A stretch of 32,000 nucleotides of DNA from Copranaerobaculum intestinale (GCF_009831105.1 NZ_WUUQ01000002.1:210001-242000), one strand, 5' to 3'. Positions 16,633 to 25,506 are shown, counted from the stretch's first letter. Notes: generated by a model from the sequence alone, not told the origin. A program made the numbers and translations.

Positions 16633-16673
16633 GCATCCTTTCCTTTTCCATACTAAGGGAAAGGAGTGACGAT

Positions 16674-17378
16674 ATGCTTACAATGATCGATCATAAAACA
16701 ATGGGGCGAAGTGAAACGGATTGGCTGAGCAGCTGGTTTCACTTTTCTTTTGCGGATTATTATGATCCCAAACGCATGCAGTACGGAGATTTGCGAGTTG
16801 TGAACGATGATACGGTGTTACCAGGAACCGGTTTTCCGATGCATCCGCATCAAAATATGGAAATCATAACGTATGTTGTGGATGGCGAGCTAACCCATCG
16901 AGATCATTTAGGAAACAGGACGGTGCTGAAGCGTGGCGAAGTTCAGCTTCTGCGCTCTGGCAGCGGTATCCTTCATAGCGAGGAAAACTGCAGTAACGCG
17001 ATGCTGCGGCTGATTCAAATTTGGATTGCTCCCGATCAGTTGGAATTGAAACCGGTCTATCAAGATTATCATTTTTCGTGGTGCGGCCGGGTCAATCAAT
17101 GGATGCAGATTGCCAGTGATAAAAGTGGGGATGGACCGATTCTGCTTCATCAGGATATCCGGGTGCTGGTAACGATGCTAAGTGAGCATTCCTTATCTTA
17201 TCAGCCTAAGCAACACCGTCAGCTCTACCTCGTCTGCATGGAGGGAGAAGCGATGGTAAACGGCAGAATTTTGAAAACGCACGATGCCTGCAAGGCGGTT
17301 GATGAACCGCTCCAGATTTTATCCAAACCGATTGCCCATCTGCTTTTGTTTGATATGAAAGCTGCGGATGATGAATAA
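16674..17378 (+). CDS. Pirin family protein (cupin; YhhW/quercetinase-like)
   Basis: 234 aa. GFPMHPHQNMEIITYVVDGELTHRD and ILHSEEN give the pirin His/His/His/Glu metal site. GGGAAAGGAG lies upstream of the ATG. Confidence 0.88.
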   Translation: MLTMIDHKTMGRSETDWLSSWFHFSFADYYDPKRMQYGDLRVVNDDTVLPGTGFPMHPHQNMEIITYVVDGELTHRDHLGNRTVLKRGEVQLLRSGSGILHSEENCSNAMLRLIQIWIAPDQLELKPVYQDYHFSWCGRVNQWMQIASDKSGDGPILLHQDIRVLVTMLSEHSLSYQPKQHRQLYLVCMEGEAMVNGRILKTHDACKAVDEPLQILSKPIAHLLLFDMKAADDE

Positions 17379-17382
17379 TTTA

Positions 17383-17420
17383 CAGCTGTCGGCAAATGAA
17401 ATAGCCGCGGCTGTTTTTTT
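17383..17420 (+). terminator. Probable Rho-independent terminator
   Basis: An imperfect stem, CAGCTGTCGGC with GCCGCGGCTG, is followed by a T7 run. Confidence 0.6.
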
Positions 17421-17492
17421 GCTGCTTTACAAGGGTGCTTTGAATATGGTAACATGGGCGATATTAGGGCTTTTTCAGCTTTAGGAGGAAGT

Positions 17493-19046
17493 ATGAGTAT
17501 TTTAACGGTATCAAATGTATCGCATAGTTTTGGAGGCCGTGATATTCTGGAGAATGTATCATTTCGGCTGTTGGCGGGGGAGCATGTAGGACTTGTAGGA
17601 GCGAACGGAGAAGGAAAATCAACTTTTTTGAATATCATAACCGGCAAGCTGGAACCGGAGGCAGGTAAAGTTGAATGGTGCAGCCGCATCACCACAGGTT
17701 ATCTGGATCAGCACACGGTTTTACAGCCGGGATTTAGTATCAAGCAGGTTCTGGAGGGTGCTTTTTCACATTTGTTTGCCTTGGAAAAGGAAATGCTGGA
17801 TTACTATCAAAAAATGTGTAACTGCACGGAATCGGAAATGGAACAGTATTTGGAAGAAGTAGGGGTGATTCAGGATATTCTGGAACACAGCGGATTCTAT
17901 ATGATTGATGCCAAGATTTCTGAAGTAGCCGGTGGTCTTGGGCTCACAGAGATCGGTTTGGATAAGGATGTTTCTCAACTGTCAGGGGGACAGCGCACCA
18001 AAGTTCTGCTCACTAAGCTGCTGCTGGAAAATCCGATGATTTTAATACTCGATGAGCCGACAAACTATCTGGATGAGGAACATATCAAATGGCTTCAGGG
18101 CTATTTATCTAATTACGATAATGCGTTTATTTTGGTCAGCCATGATATTGAATTCTTAAACAGCGTAGTCAATATCATCTATCATGTTGAGAACTGTCAG
18201 CTGTCCCGTTATGTGGGGGATTATCAGCATTTCTTGGAACAGTCAGCGCTGAAAAAGCGTCAGCAGGAAGCGGCTTATCATCGCCAGCAGAAGGAAATTG
18301 ACGATCTGGAGGATTTCATCGCTCGCAACAAAGCACGGGTTGCGACACGTAATATGGCGCATTCCCGGCAGAAAAAGCTGGATAAGATGGAGCGGATCAG
18401 CAAGCCGAAAGAAAAGATCAAGCCGATATTTGAATTTACTGGCGACCGCACCCCGGGACGATTGATTTTTGAAACCAAAGATTTGATAATCGGTTATCAG
18501 GAGCCATTGACCGCACCGCTTAATCTCACATTAAACCGTAATCAGAAGGTTGCTGTAAAAGGAGTAAACGGTCTGGGAAAAACTACTTTATTAAAAACCT
18601 TATTGAATATGATCGAACCGTTACAAGGTAAGGTTGAGGTTGATCCTTATGTATCGATCGGCTTTTTTGAACAGGAAGATGCAACCTCTTCAAAGAGCGC
18701 TTTGGATGACTTTTGGGATGAGTATCCTGCCTATACCAATGGTGAAGTGAGGGCGGCGCTGGCGAAGTGCGGTCTTACCACCGATCATATCGAATCGGCC
18801 GTCTGTGTATTGTCAGGCGGTGAGCAGGCAAAGGTTAGACTGTGTAAAATTATGAATCGTCCCTGCAATGTGCTGGTGCTTGATGAGCCGACCAATCATT
18901 TGGATGTGGATGCCAAGGAAGCGCTGAAAACCGCTTTGAAGGAATACAAGGGAACAGTATTGCTGGTATCCCATGATCCATCTTTCTATATGGACTTTAT
19001 AGATGAGGTTTGGAATCTGGAAGCATGGACAACAAAAATTATATAG
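17493..19046 (+). CDS. ABC-F family ATPase (two ABC domains, no TM domain)
   Basis: The start is trimmed to the ATG at 17493, after AGGAGG. It has two Walker A motifs (GANGEGKST, GVNGLGKTT), two signatures (LSGGQRTK, LSGGEQAK) and a basic Q/K/R-rich interdomain linker. Confidence 0.88.
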   Translation: MSILTVSNVSHSFGGRDILENVSFRLLAGEHVGLVGANGEGKSTFLNIITGKLEPEAGKVEWCSRITTGYLDQHTVLQPGFSIKQVLEGAFSHLFALEKEMLDYYQKMCNCTESEMEQYLEEVGVIQDILEHSGFYMIDAKISEVAGGLGLTEIGLDKDVSQLSGGQRTKVLLTKLLLENPMILILDEPTNYLDEEHIKWLQGYLSNYDNAFILVSHDIEFLNSVVNIIYHVENCQLSRYVGDYQHFLEQSALKKRQQEAAYHRQQKEIDDLEDFIARNKARVATRNMAHSRQKKLDKMERISKPKEKIKPIFEFTGDRTPGRLIFETKDLIIGYQEPLTAPLNLTLNRNQKVAVKGVNGLGKTTLLKTLLNMIEPLQGKVEVDPYVSIGFFEQEDATSSKSALDDFWDEYPAYTNGEVRAALAKCGLTTDHIESAVCVLSGGEQAKVRLCKIMNRPCNVLVLDEPTNHLDVDAKEALKTALKEYKGTVLLVSHDPSFYMDFIDEVWNLEAWTTKII

Positions 19047-19059
19047 AAAGGAAATGAAT

Positions 19060-20370
19060 ATGGAACAGACAACACAAAAAAGGAAATTTGGATTATTGAC
19101 CACAGTGGCCATGATCGTAGGCATCGTTGTCGGTTCCGGAATATTTTTTAAATCACCGCAGATTTTAAAGCAGGTGAACGGGAACATCCCGGTCGGCATT
19201 GCCGTATTCGGCGTTGCGGCAATCGGCATTATTTTTGGCGGACTGACCATTTCGCAATATGCACAGAAGGAGGATCATGTCGGTGGGGTCATTACCTATT
19301 GTGAAATGGCATGGGGGAAAACGATTGGCTATATCACCGGATGGTTTCAGTGTGTTTTTTATTACCCGGCGATCTGCTCTGTCATTGCTTGGGTTGCGGC
19401 GAATTATACCTGTGCTTTGTTTGGCTGGCCGAATCTGTTGATAAACGGTCAGCATAGCTGGCATGTCTGGGGTCTTGCAGTGCTGTATCTGATCGGCAGC
19501 TATTTGCTGAATTGCTTGTCTACGATAAATGCAGGAAGATTTCAGAATATCGCCATGTTTATGAAGCTGGGGGCACTGATCGTGCTGGCCGGCGGCGGTA
19601 TCATATTCGGTGATCCAGCCGAAGCTATAACTCATTCCGGCATCTATGTCACCAGCGGATCGGGATTTCTATCAGCCTTGGTTGTCGTAATTTTTGCATT
19701 TGACGGATGGATGGTCGCTCCAAGTATTGCGCATGAAATCAAGAATCCCAAACGAAATCTGCCGCTTGCCTTGATGGCAGCGCCACTCATCATAACCGGC
19801 TTCTATCTGGCATATTTCATCGGGATCAGCTCAATGGCCGGAGCTGACTTTATCCTGGCCGGCCATGATCCGCTGCAATTAGCTGCTACTACATTGTTTG
19901 GGGTGATGGGCATGAAGGCTGTTATGTTTTTTGTCATCATATCCGTGTTGGGAACGCTGAATGGTTTAGTGCTCGGTTATATCCGTCTGCCATATGCGCT
20001 GGCATTAAGAAAAGAGATCGTCTTTTATCCTACTCTTGTAAAGGTACATCATAAATTTGATACACCGCTTTATGCGGCCGCTGCCGCTTTCCTGCTGACA
20101 TTGCTGTGGATGCTGCTGCATTGGCTGTCAGTAGATGGAACAGCATTGTTTCACCTCACCCTGTTTCGCGGACTTGAGGTGGATAACCTGCCGATTGTTT
20201 TAACTTATGTGTTCAATGGGTTGCTGTATCTGGCCGTTATTATAAAGGGCATTGACGGACGCCGGCTGAACTGGCGGCAGCGCTATCTGTACCCAACCTT
20301 GGCATTGGCAGGGGCGTTGTTGGTAATGTGTATGGCGGTATCATCCAGCCAAAATTTAATGTCTATTTGA
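19060..20370 (+). CDS. APC superfamily amino-acid permease (LAT/SteT-like), apparently 3'-truncated by a frameshift
   Basis: The start is trimmed to 19060 (19054 is possible). The N-terminus KRKFGLLTTVAMIVGIVVGSGIFFK is typical. I count 11 TM segments in frame, and a 12th TM-like segment continues in another frame to 20435. Confidence 0.8.
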   Translation: MEQTTQKRKFGLLTTVAMIVGIVVGSGIFFKSPQILKQVNGNIPVGIAVFGVAAIGIIFGGLTISQYAQKEDHVGGVITYCEMAWGKTIGYITGWFQCVFYYPAICSVIAWVAANYTCALFGWPNLLINGQHSWHVWGLAVLYLIGSYLLNCLSTINAGRFQNIAMFMKLGALIVLAGGGIIFGDPAEAITHSGIYVTSGSGFLSALVVVIFAFDGWMVAPSIAHEIKNPKRNLPLALMAAPLIITGFYLAYFIGISSMAGADFILAGHDPLQLAATTLFGVMGMKAVMFFVIISVLGTLNGLVLGYIRLPYALALRKEIVFYPTLVKVHHKFDTPLYAAAAAFLLTLLWMLLHWLSVDGTALFHLTLFRGLEVDNLPIVLTYVFNGLLYLAVIIKGIDGRRLNWRQRYLYPTLALAGALLVMCMAVSSSQNLMSI

Positions 20371-20437
20371 TCATCTGTTTAATAGGTATTGCGGCTGGAC
20401 TTCTGATACGCCCGAAAAGTACGAGTACATCATAAAT

Positions 20438-20468
20438 CTCCTCCTAGCAAAATAGCAGGAGGTTTTTT
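20438..20468 (+). terminator. Rho-independent terminator
   Basis: CCTCCT pairs with AGGAGG, followed by a T6 run. It lies directly after the out-of-frame stop at 20433-20435. Confidence 0.6.
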
Positions 20469-20563
20469 ATATTCTATATGCGCGATCATGACCGGATTGC
20501 TCAATATGGTAAAGCTTACAGTGCCGTAAATCAGAGGACTGCCCGCAGATGTTTCCAGCATGC

Positions 20564-20591
20564 TTGAAAATTTATTAATTTCAAGTATGAT
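20564..20591 (+). promoter_or_regulatory. Putative sigma-A promoter
   Basis: TTGAAA (20564-20569), a 16-nt spacer, then TATGAT (20586-20591), upstream of the dehydrogenase gene. Confidence 0.5.
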
Positions 20592-20617
20592 AAGAAAGAA
20601 GGAAAAGAGGACATGTA

Positions 20618-21565
20618 ATGAAGAAAATTGTAGTTTTGAATGCAGATAAAATAAATTATGATCATAAGCTGGATCTGTCAGGGTTTGGTGAGAATACGGT
20701 TATCTATGGGGATACGCCTGAGGAGTTGATAATCGAGCGGATTCAGGGAGCATCGATCCTGGTAACCAAGGAGCTGCCGTTGTCAAGAACGTTGATTGAG
20801 CAATTTCCCGATTCGATAGAATTGATTTGTGAAGCGGGAACCGGTTATAACAATATTGATTTAGAAGCAGTCGAAAAGAAACAGATTCATGTCTGCAACG
20901 TACCGGCGTATTCCAGTGAACGGGTTGCTCATACGGTAATTATGATGATTTGCAATGCAAGCTCGTCGATGAAAAAACAGATGCGAATGCTTTTGGAAGG
21001 AGATCATCGTAATTTCACCGATCATTTAATGGTCGACCATGTTGAAATTAATGGAAAAACATTAGGTATTATCGGAGCTGGCAACATTGGCAAAGAGGTG
21101 ATGAAAACCGCCTTGGCAATGGGCATGAACATTCTTGTATACACGCGTACACCGCAAAAAGACAGTGAACACATCCGCTATGTGGATCTAAATTCACTTT
21201 TAAAACTGAGTGATTATGTATCGCTTCACTGTCCGCTGAACGAGACTACCTACCATATGATCAATCAGAAAACCTTAGCACTGATGAAACCGACAGCTTT
21301 TCTGATCAATACATCACGCGGTGCTTTAATTGATGAGGAAGCGCTGTTGGAGGCACTGCTCAATCATCAGATTGCCGGAGCGGGATTGGATGTGCAGGAA
21401 ATAGAACCGCCGCGCGAGGATCATCCGTTTTATAAAATGGATGAGGTAATTTTGACTCCGCATATGGGCTGGCGGGGGCTGGAAACAAGGCAGCGTCTGA
21501 TCGATAAGCTGCTCGATAATATTCATCAGTATGAACGGGGAAATCCAATCAATATGGTTCTGTGA
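20618..21565 (+). CDS. D-isomer-specific 2-hydroxyacid dehydrogenase (glycerate/hydroxypyruvate reductase-like)
   Basis: 315 aa. It has the NAD fold GIIGAGNIGKEV and the catalytic Arg/Glu/His context (NTSRGALID, DVQEIEP, TPHMGW). Confidence 0.88.
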   Translation: MKKIVVLNADKINYDHKLDLSGFGENTVIYGDTPEELIIERIQGASILVTKELPLSRTLIEQFPDSIELICEAGTGYNNIDLEAVEKKQIHVCNVPAYSSERVAHTVIMMICNASSSMKKQMRMLLEGDHRNFTDHLMVDHVEINGKTLGIIGAGNIGKEVMKTALAMGMNILVYTRTPQKDSEHIRYVDLNSLLKLSDYVSLHCPLNETTYHMINQKTLALMKPTAFLINTSRGALIDEEALLEALLNHQIAGAGLDVQEIEPPREDHPFYKMDEVILTPHMGWRGLETRQRLIDKLLDNIHQYERGNPINMVL

Positions 21566-21605
21566 ATATTCATGCGGATAACAATGGTGAATATAAAACC
21601 TTGTG

Positions 21606-21614
21606 TGTTATAAT
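21606..21614 (+). promoter_or_regulatory. Extended -10 element upstream of galE
   Basis: TGtTATAAT lies at 21606-21614. The RBS GAAGGAGG precedes the ATG at 21642. Confidence 0.45.
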
Positions 21615-21641
21615 ACATACAGTTATTGAAGGAGGTAACCG

Positions 21642-22655
21642 ATGAAAATATTAGTAACCGGAGGTATTGGATTCATCGGCAGTCACACCTGTGTGGAGCT
21701 GCTGAAGGAAGGATATGAGATCGTAATTATTGATAATTTATATAATTCACAACTCGATGTGGTGGATAAAATCAACGCGATCACAAAAAAACAGGTTTCT
21801 TTTTATGAAGGGGATTGCTGCGACGCAGACTTTATGGATTCGATTTTTCAGAAGCATAAGATTGATGCGGTCATTCATTTTGCCGGTTATAAAGCAGTTG
21901 GTGAATCGGTGAAAAAGCCCTTAGAATACTATCGTAATAATATGCAGAGCACCTTTGTCTTATGTGATGTGATGCGCTCTCATAACTGTAAAAATCTGGT
22001 ATTTAGTTCCAGTGCGACCGTCTATGGTGATCCGCAGCGTATTCCGATTGATGAGGAATGTCGATTAGGTCCGACGACCAATCCATACGGTACAACAAAA
22101 TTATATATTGAACAGGTGTTGAAAGATTTGTATATGTCTGATCATGACTGGAATATTCTGCTGCTTCGTTACTTTAATCCGATCGGAGCTCACGAAAGCG
22201 GCTTGATCGGAGAAAGTCCCAATGATATTCCGAATAATCTGATGCCGTATATTGTGAAGGTAGCTGCGAAAGAACTGCCGTATCTTCACGTGTTTGGCAA
22301 TGATTATGAAACACCGGATGGAACCGGCGTACGTGATTACATCCATGTCGTAGATCTGGCAAAAGGTCATGTCTGCGCAATTGATAAATTGCTGCGTGAG
22401 CATATTGGTGTTGACGCGGTGAATTTGGGAACCGGGAAAGGGTATAGCGTTCTCGATGTGGTTCATGCGTTTGCTTCCGCAAATCAAGTGGAAGTGCCGT
22501 ATCAAATCGATCCGCGCCGTCCCGGAGATATTGCTGTTTGCTATGCCGATCCTCAAAAGGCAAAACAGCTGTTGGGCTGGCAGGCGGAAAAAAATCTGGA
22601 GGATATGTGCCGTGATTCCTGGCATTATCTGACAGTTACACATGCGAAAAAATGA
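21642..22655 (+). CDS. galE: UDP-glucose 4-epimerase
   Basis: 337 aa. It has the Rossmann motif VTGGIGFIGSH and the catalytic YGTTK (YxxxK). Conserved GalE blocks include LRYFNPIGAH and GTGVRDYIHVVDLA. Confidence 0.93.
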   Translation: MKILVTGGIGFIGSHTCVELLKEGYEIVIIDNLYNSQLDVVDKINAITKKQVSFYEGDCCDADFMDSIFQKHKIDAVIHFAGYKAVGESVKKPLEYYRNNMQSTFVLCDVMRSHNCKNLVFSSSATVYGDPQRIPIDEECRLGPTTNPYGTTKLYIEQVLKDLYMSDHDWNILLLRYFNPIGAHESGLIGESPNDIPNNLMPYIVKVAAKELPYLHVFGNDYETPDGTGVRDYIHVVDLAKGHVCAIDKLLREHIGVDAVNLGTGKGYSVLDVVHAFASANQVEVPYQIDPRRPGDIAVCYADPQKAKQLLGWQAEKNLEDMCRDSWHYLTVTHAKK

Positions 22656-22677
22656 TCCCATTAAGGATCATTTTTTA
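22646..22677. terminator. Bidirectional Rho-independent terminator between convergent genes
   Basis: The stem ATGATCC (22652-22658) pairs with GGATCAT (22665-22671). An A-run lies upstream and a T6 run downstream. Confidence 0.75.
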
Positions 22678-22705
22678 TATATTGGTGCTGCTGAAGCAAT
22701 CGAAA

Positions 22706-23389
22706 CTATGGATCGATCACCGTGTTTGTCCTGCCGATACCTACGACTTGATTTACAAGCCGGGTCCAGGTTCCGCAGCCGCATACACCATCGGATACCA
22801 GCCCGTTTTGTCGCTGATATGCCATCAGCGCATTTCGGGTATTTATACCAAAAGCCCCATCCAGAGTACCGGTAGAATAACCGAGCGCATTTAATGCATC
22901 CTGAAGGATGAGTACATAAACGCCGCGGCTGCCGCTTCGAACAACCGGATAACCGGCACTGCAGGCCGGAGGGCCAATGCGTTTGTCAAAGTGCACCCAA
23001 GTCGGTGTCAAGTTCTGTGGTTCGACATACACCCAAACACCAAGATCTTTCGCAATTTGCCAAATTCGATTGCGTTGAGCTGAAGTTAGTGCCTGACCGA
23101 CATCAAATGCAACACCGGCATAATGCTGAGATTGACGTCCATGTCCGCCTTCCCATATACGCTTGAATGCATAGCGAAATGGAATGGGTCTCCCATAATT
23201 GCGCCGGGTTGCATTCCATGCTTCCATTGCTGCGTTCGTCGTCCACAGCACAGTGGATTTTGAGGAGCCGCGGAATTCCGATACCTTCATGGTATTACCG
23301 TAGACATACGGCATTGTATCATTTTCTGCAAGATAATAGACTTCCAGTGCAGTCGTATTTACATTATAAACAATTACCTTAGCCATCAT
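22706..23389 (-). CDS. M15A (LAS-type zinc) peptidoglycan peptidase fused to a C-terminal PG_binding_1 domain
   Basis: The start is trimmed to MMAKVIV (23389 or 23386), after AAAGGAGAGG. It has GG..SQHYAGVAFD (H-x6-D) plus WVHFD as zinc ligands. The C-terminus LQDALNALGY..DGAFG..T..AL..YQ is a PG-binding repeat. No signal peptide is visible. Confidence 0.75.
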   Translation of the reverse strand: MMAKVIVYNVNTTALEVYYLAENDTMPYVYGNTMKVSEFRGSSKSTVLWTTNAAMEAWNATRRNYGRPIPFRYAFKRIWEGGHGRQSQHYAGVAFDVGQALTSAQRNRIWQIAKDLGVWVYVEPQNLTPTWVHFDKRIGPPACSAGYPVVRSGSRGVYVLILQDALNALGYSTGTLDGAFGINTRNALMAYQRQNGLVSDGVCGCGTWTRLVNQVVGIGRTNTVIDP

Positions 23390-23511
23390 TCCTCTCCTTT
23401 CATAGTATGGTATGCACGCATGTGTAATCGACAAGGGACAAATAACCATTCCTTTGTAAAGTCGGGTCAAAACATCAGCTGCCTACATATTCTGTAAATG
23501 GGGGGTGGCAT

Positions 23512-23736
23512 ATGAATCTCAGTGAAATGGCCTTACTGAAGGAATGTGAAATTCGCACACTGCATCATCAGGGCTCGATGAAGCGCAGATTATTGGATTT
23601 AGGCATCATGGAGGGGGCAAGAATCAAACCAATCCTGAGCGGAACGCATGAGGGTATGAGAGCCTATTTGATCAAAGGAACACTGATTGCACTAAGAAAA
23701 AGTGAAACCGATTTAATCGATGTAGAGAGTGTGTAA
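23512..23736 (+). CDS. feoA: FeoA-domain protein (small SH3-like), with no feoB nearby
   Basis: 74 aa. The pattern I..L......RRLLDLGI.EG..I......G......I.G..IALRK.E...I.V is typical of FeoA. The RBS GGGGGGTGG lies upstream. Confidence 0.8.
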   Translation: MNLSEMALLKECEIRTLHHQGSMKRRLLDLGIMEGARIKPILSGTHEGMRAYLIKGTLIALRKSETDLIDVESV

Positions 23737-23742
23737 AGTATG

Positions 23743-23770
23743 ATGCAGACAAACAAGTCTGCATTTTTTG
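23743..23770 (+). terminator. Rho-independent terminator
   Basis: A perfect 8-bp stem, ATGCAGAC (23743-23750) with GTCTGCAT (23757-23764), is followed by a T6 run. Confidence 0.85.
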
Positions 23771-23925
23771 TGGTCAAGGAGCAGCTTTCTTATCGTTGTT
23801 TGAACCCTTCGGCTTTCTTGTGTAAAGCTTATCTGATTTCTTTTTATAGCATGATATAAATATTGCATATGGAAAATCATGGGAAACTGTCTTATAATAG
23901 ATTCGGTAAAAATGAAGGTGGAAGC

Positions 23926-25506
23926 ATGGTCGTCAAATCAGCAATCAAAAATATTCAATCTGTTATCAACCATATCAATGTACTGATCGATCAGAAAGCT
24001 TATCAGGAAATGACTTCTGATATCTGTCAGCTATTTTTATATGCCAAACAAAGCCATGATCCTGAGGCCCTGACCGCGGCTCATTTTTATTTAGGCTATC
24101 AGGAATATGAATTAAATCATTATGAGTCGAGTATTCACGCCTTGCAGATTGCGATCGAGGTATCAGAAACGCATCAGCTGGAGGACTATATCATCCGCAG
24201 CCACAATATGATGGGAGCGCTATATGCAAAGCAGTCCGATTATTATAGCAGTCTTGAGCATTATCTTAGGGTGTTCTATATTTGCAAGGATCATCCGAAA
24301 TCAAAATACAAGGCATCTATTTTCAATAATTTAGGCAGTCTGTTTTATGAACTGCAGGACTATGAATTCGCGCTCGACTATTATGAACAGGCATACACCG
24401 TCTGTATGAACGATCCTAATCAAGCTGAAAACAGTAAACCGATCATTCTCTTAAATATCATTGAAACGCTGACTTGTATGGAAAAATATGATGAGGTTAT
24501 GCGTCGCTATCAGGAGGATGAAGCAATGCTGCTGGAGTACGACCTAAGCTTGACGAAATGCATGATTTTACTAACACAAGCGCTCAAGTTCCATTCACAG
24601 AAGGCGGATGAGCTTGCCTTACAGCGGATGGAAATATTTTTGAAGCTCAGTGAAGACAGTGATGATTATGACTATTTGTTCAAGGGCTATGTGAGAGCTG
24701 CGAATCTGCTTATTGACATGCACCAGGAAGCATTGGCGGTACAGACGGTCGACCGCCTGAATAAAATCCAAAAATTTACAAGGGTAAAGTTACAGGAATT
24801 ACTGTTAAAGCGGATGTTGATTCGTTTTTATGAAGAATTTGATAAAACGGAACAATATCAGCAATCACTGGTGGAGCTGTATCGGCTCCTGGAGGAAATC
24901 GATCAAAGTGCAAAGCTGGTTTATCATAAATGCATGCGGCTGAAAATCAATCTGGAGCGGCTGACCTTTGAACAGCGGCAGATCATGAAACAGAATGAAG
25001 AACTGCAGCGCAGTGTAAACCTTGATCCATTCACGGAAATTTATAACAAGGTGTACGTGGAACAGCTGATCGAACAACACTTGCGGCAAGCTCAGCATAC
25101 GCGCACTGCCATGCTGTTGATTGATATCGATATGTTTAAATGCATCAATGATACTTATGGGCATACGATTGGAGATTATGTTATCAAGGAAAGTGTTCGG
25201 GTGCTGCGTAATGCTTTACGCGCTGATGATATTGTCGGCAGGGTCGGCGGCGATGAGTTTGTCGTATTTTTTAATACTGTGTATTCAGAAGAACTTGTTT
25301 ATGAGAAGGCGGCATTGATCTTGAAGCAGATCAGTAATGTGTATATCAAGGCGCGAAACGATGCAGTGACTGTAAGCATTGGCGTTTGTATCTGTGATCA
25401 TGCGGCTTCATATCAGCAGCTGTTCGCCCGAGCTGATGAAGCACTGTATCGGGCGAAGGCAAACGGCCGCAATCAGTATGCGGTGTGGAAAGGGGAATGT
25501 GCGTAG
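23926..25506 (+). CDS. Soluble TPR-repeat sensor fused to a GGDEF diguanylate cyclase
   Basis: The start is trimmed to the ATG at 23926, after GAAGGTGGA and downstream of TATAAT at 23893-23898. It has TPR-like repeats (for example NNLGSLFYELQDYEFALDYYEQAY), a coiled-coil linker, and a GGDEF domain with GGDEF at 25246-25260 and RADD at 25219-25230. Confidence 0.85.
   Translation: MVVKSAIKNIQSVINHINVLIDQKAYQEMTSDICQLFLYAKQSHDPEALTAAHFYLGYQEYELNHYESSIHALQIAIEVSETHQLEDYIIRSHNMMGALYAKQSDYYSSLEHYLRVFYICKDHPKSKYKASIFNNLGSLFYELQDYEFALDYYEQAYTVCMNDPNQAENSKPIILLNIIETLTCMEKYDEVMRRYQEDEAMLLEYDLSLTKCMILLTQALKFHSQKADELALQRMEIFLKLSEDSDDYDYLFKGYVRAANLLIDMHQEALAVQTVDRLNKIQKFTRVKLQELLLKRMLIRFYEEFDKTEQYQQSLVELYRLLEEIDQSAKLVYHKCMRLKINLERLTFEQRQIMKQNEELQRSVNLDPFTEIYNKVYVEQLIEQHLRQAQHTRTAMLLIDIDMFKCINDTYGHTIGDYVIKESVRVLRNALRADDIVGRVGGDEFVVFFNTVYSEELVYEKAALILKQISNVYIKARNDAVTVSIGVCICDHAASYQQLFARADEALYRAKANGRNQYAVWKGECA

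Noticed and set aside
17421-17492. The ABC-F gene as an antibiotic-resistance (ARE) ABC-F with a ribosome-stalling leader
   Set aside because: The leader is too short (about 35 nt from the predicted -10 TAACAT at 17450-17455 to the ATG). It has no leader peptide and no alternative hairpins. The protein looks like a housekeeping ABC-F. The subfamily cannot be assigned by eye.
20478-20567. A 29-aa ORF (MRDHDRIAQYGKAYSAVNQRTARRCFQHA) in the 150-nt spacer before the dehydrogenase gene
   Set aside because: It has no RBS and no recognisable features. Its stop overlaps the predicted -35. This is most likely non-coding spacer.
23740-23859. A 39-aa ORF (MMQTNKSAFFVVKEQLSYRCLNPSAFLCKAYLISFYSMI) between feoA and the TPR-GGDEF gene, considered as a possible RRNPP-type signalling pro-peptide
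   Set aside because: It has no convincing RBS. The feoA terminator hairpin (23743-23770) lies inside it. It has no secretion signal. It lies upstream of the predicted promoter of the cyclase gene.
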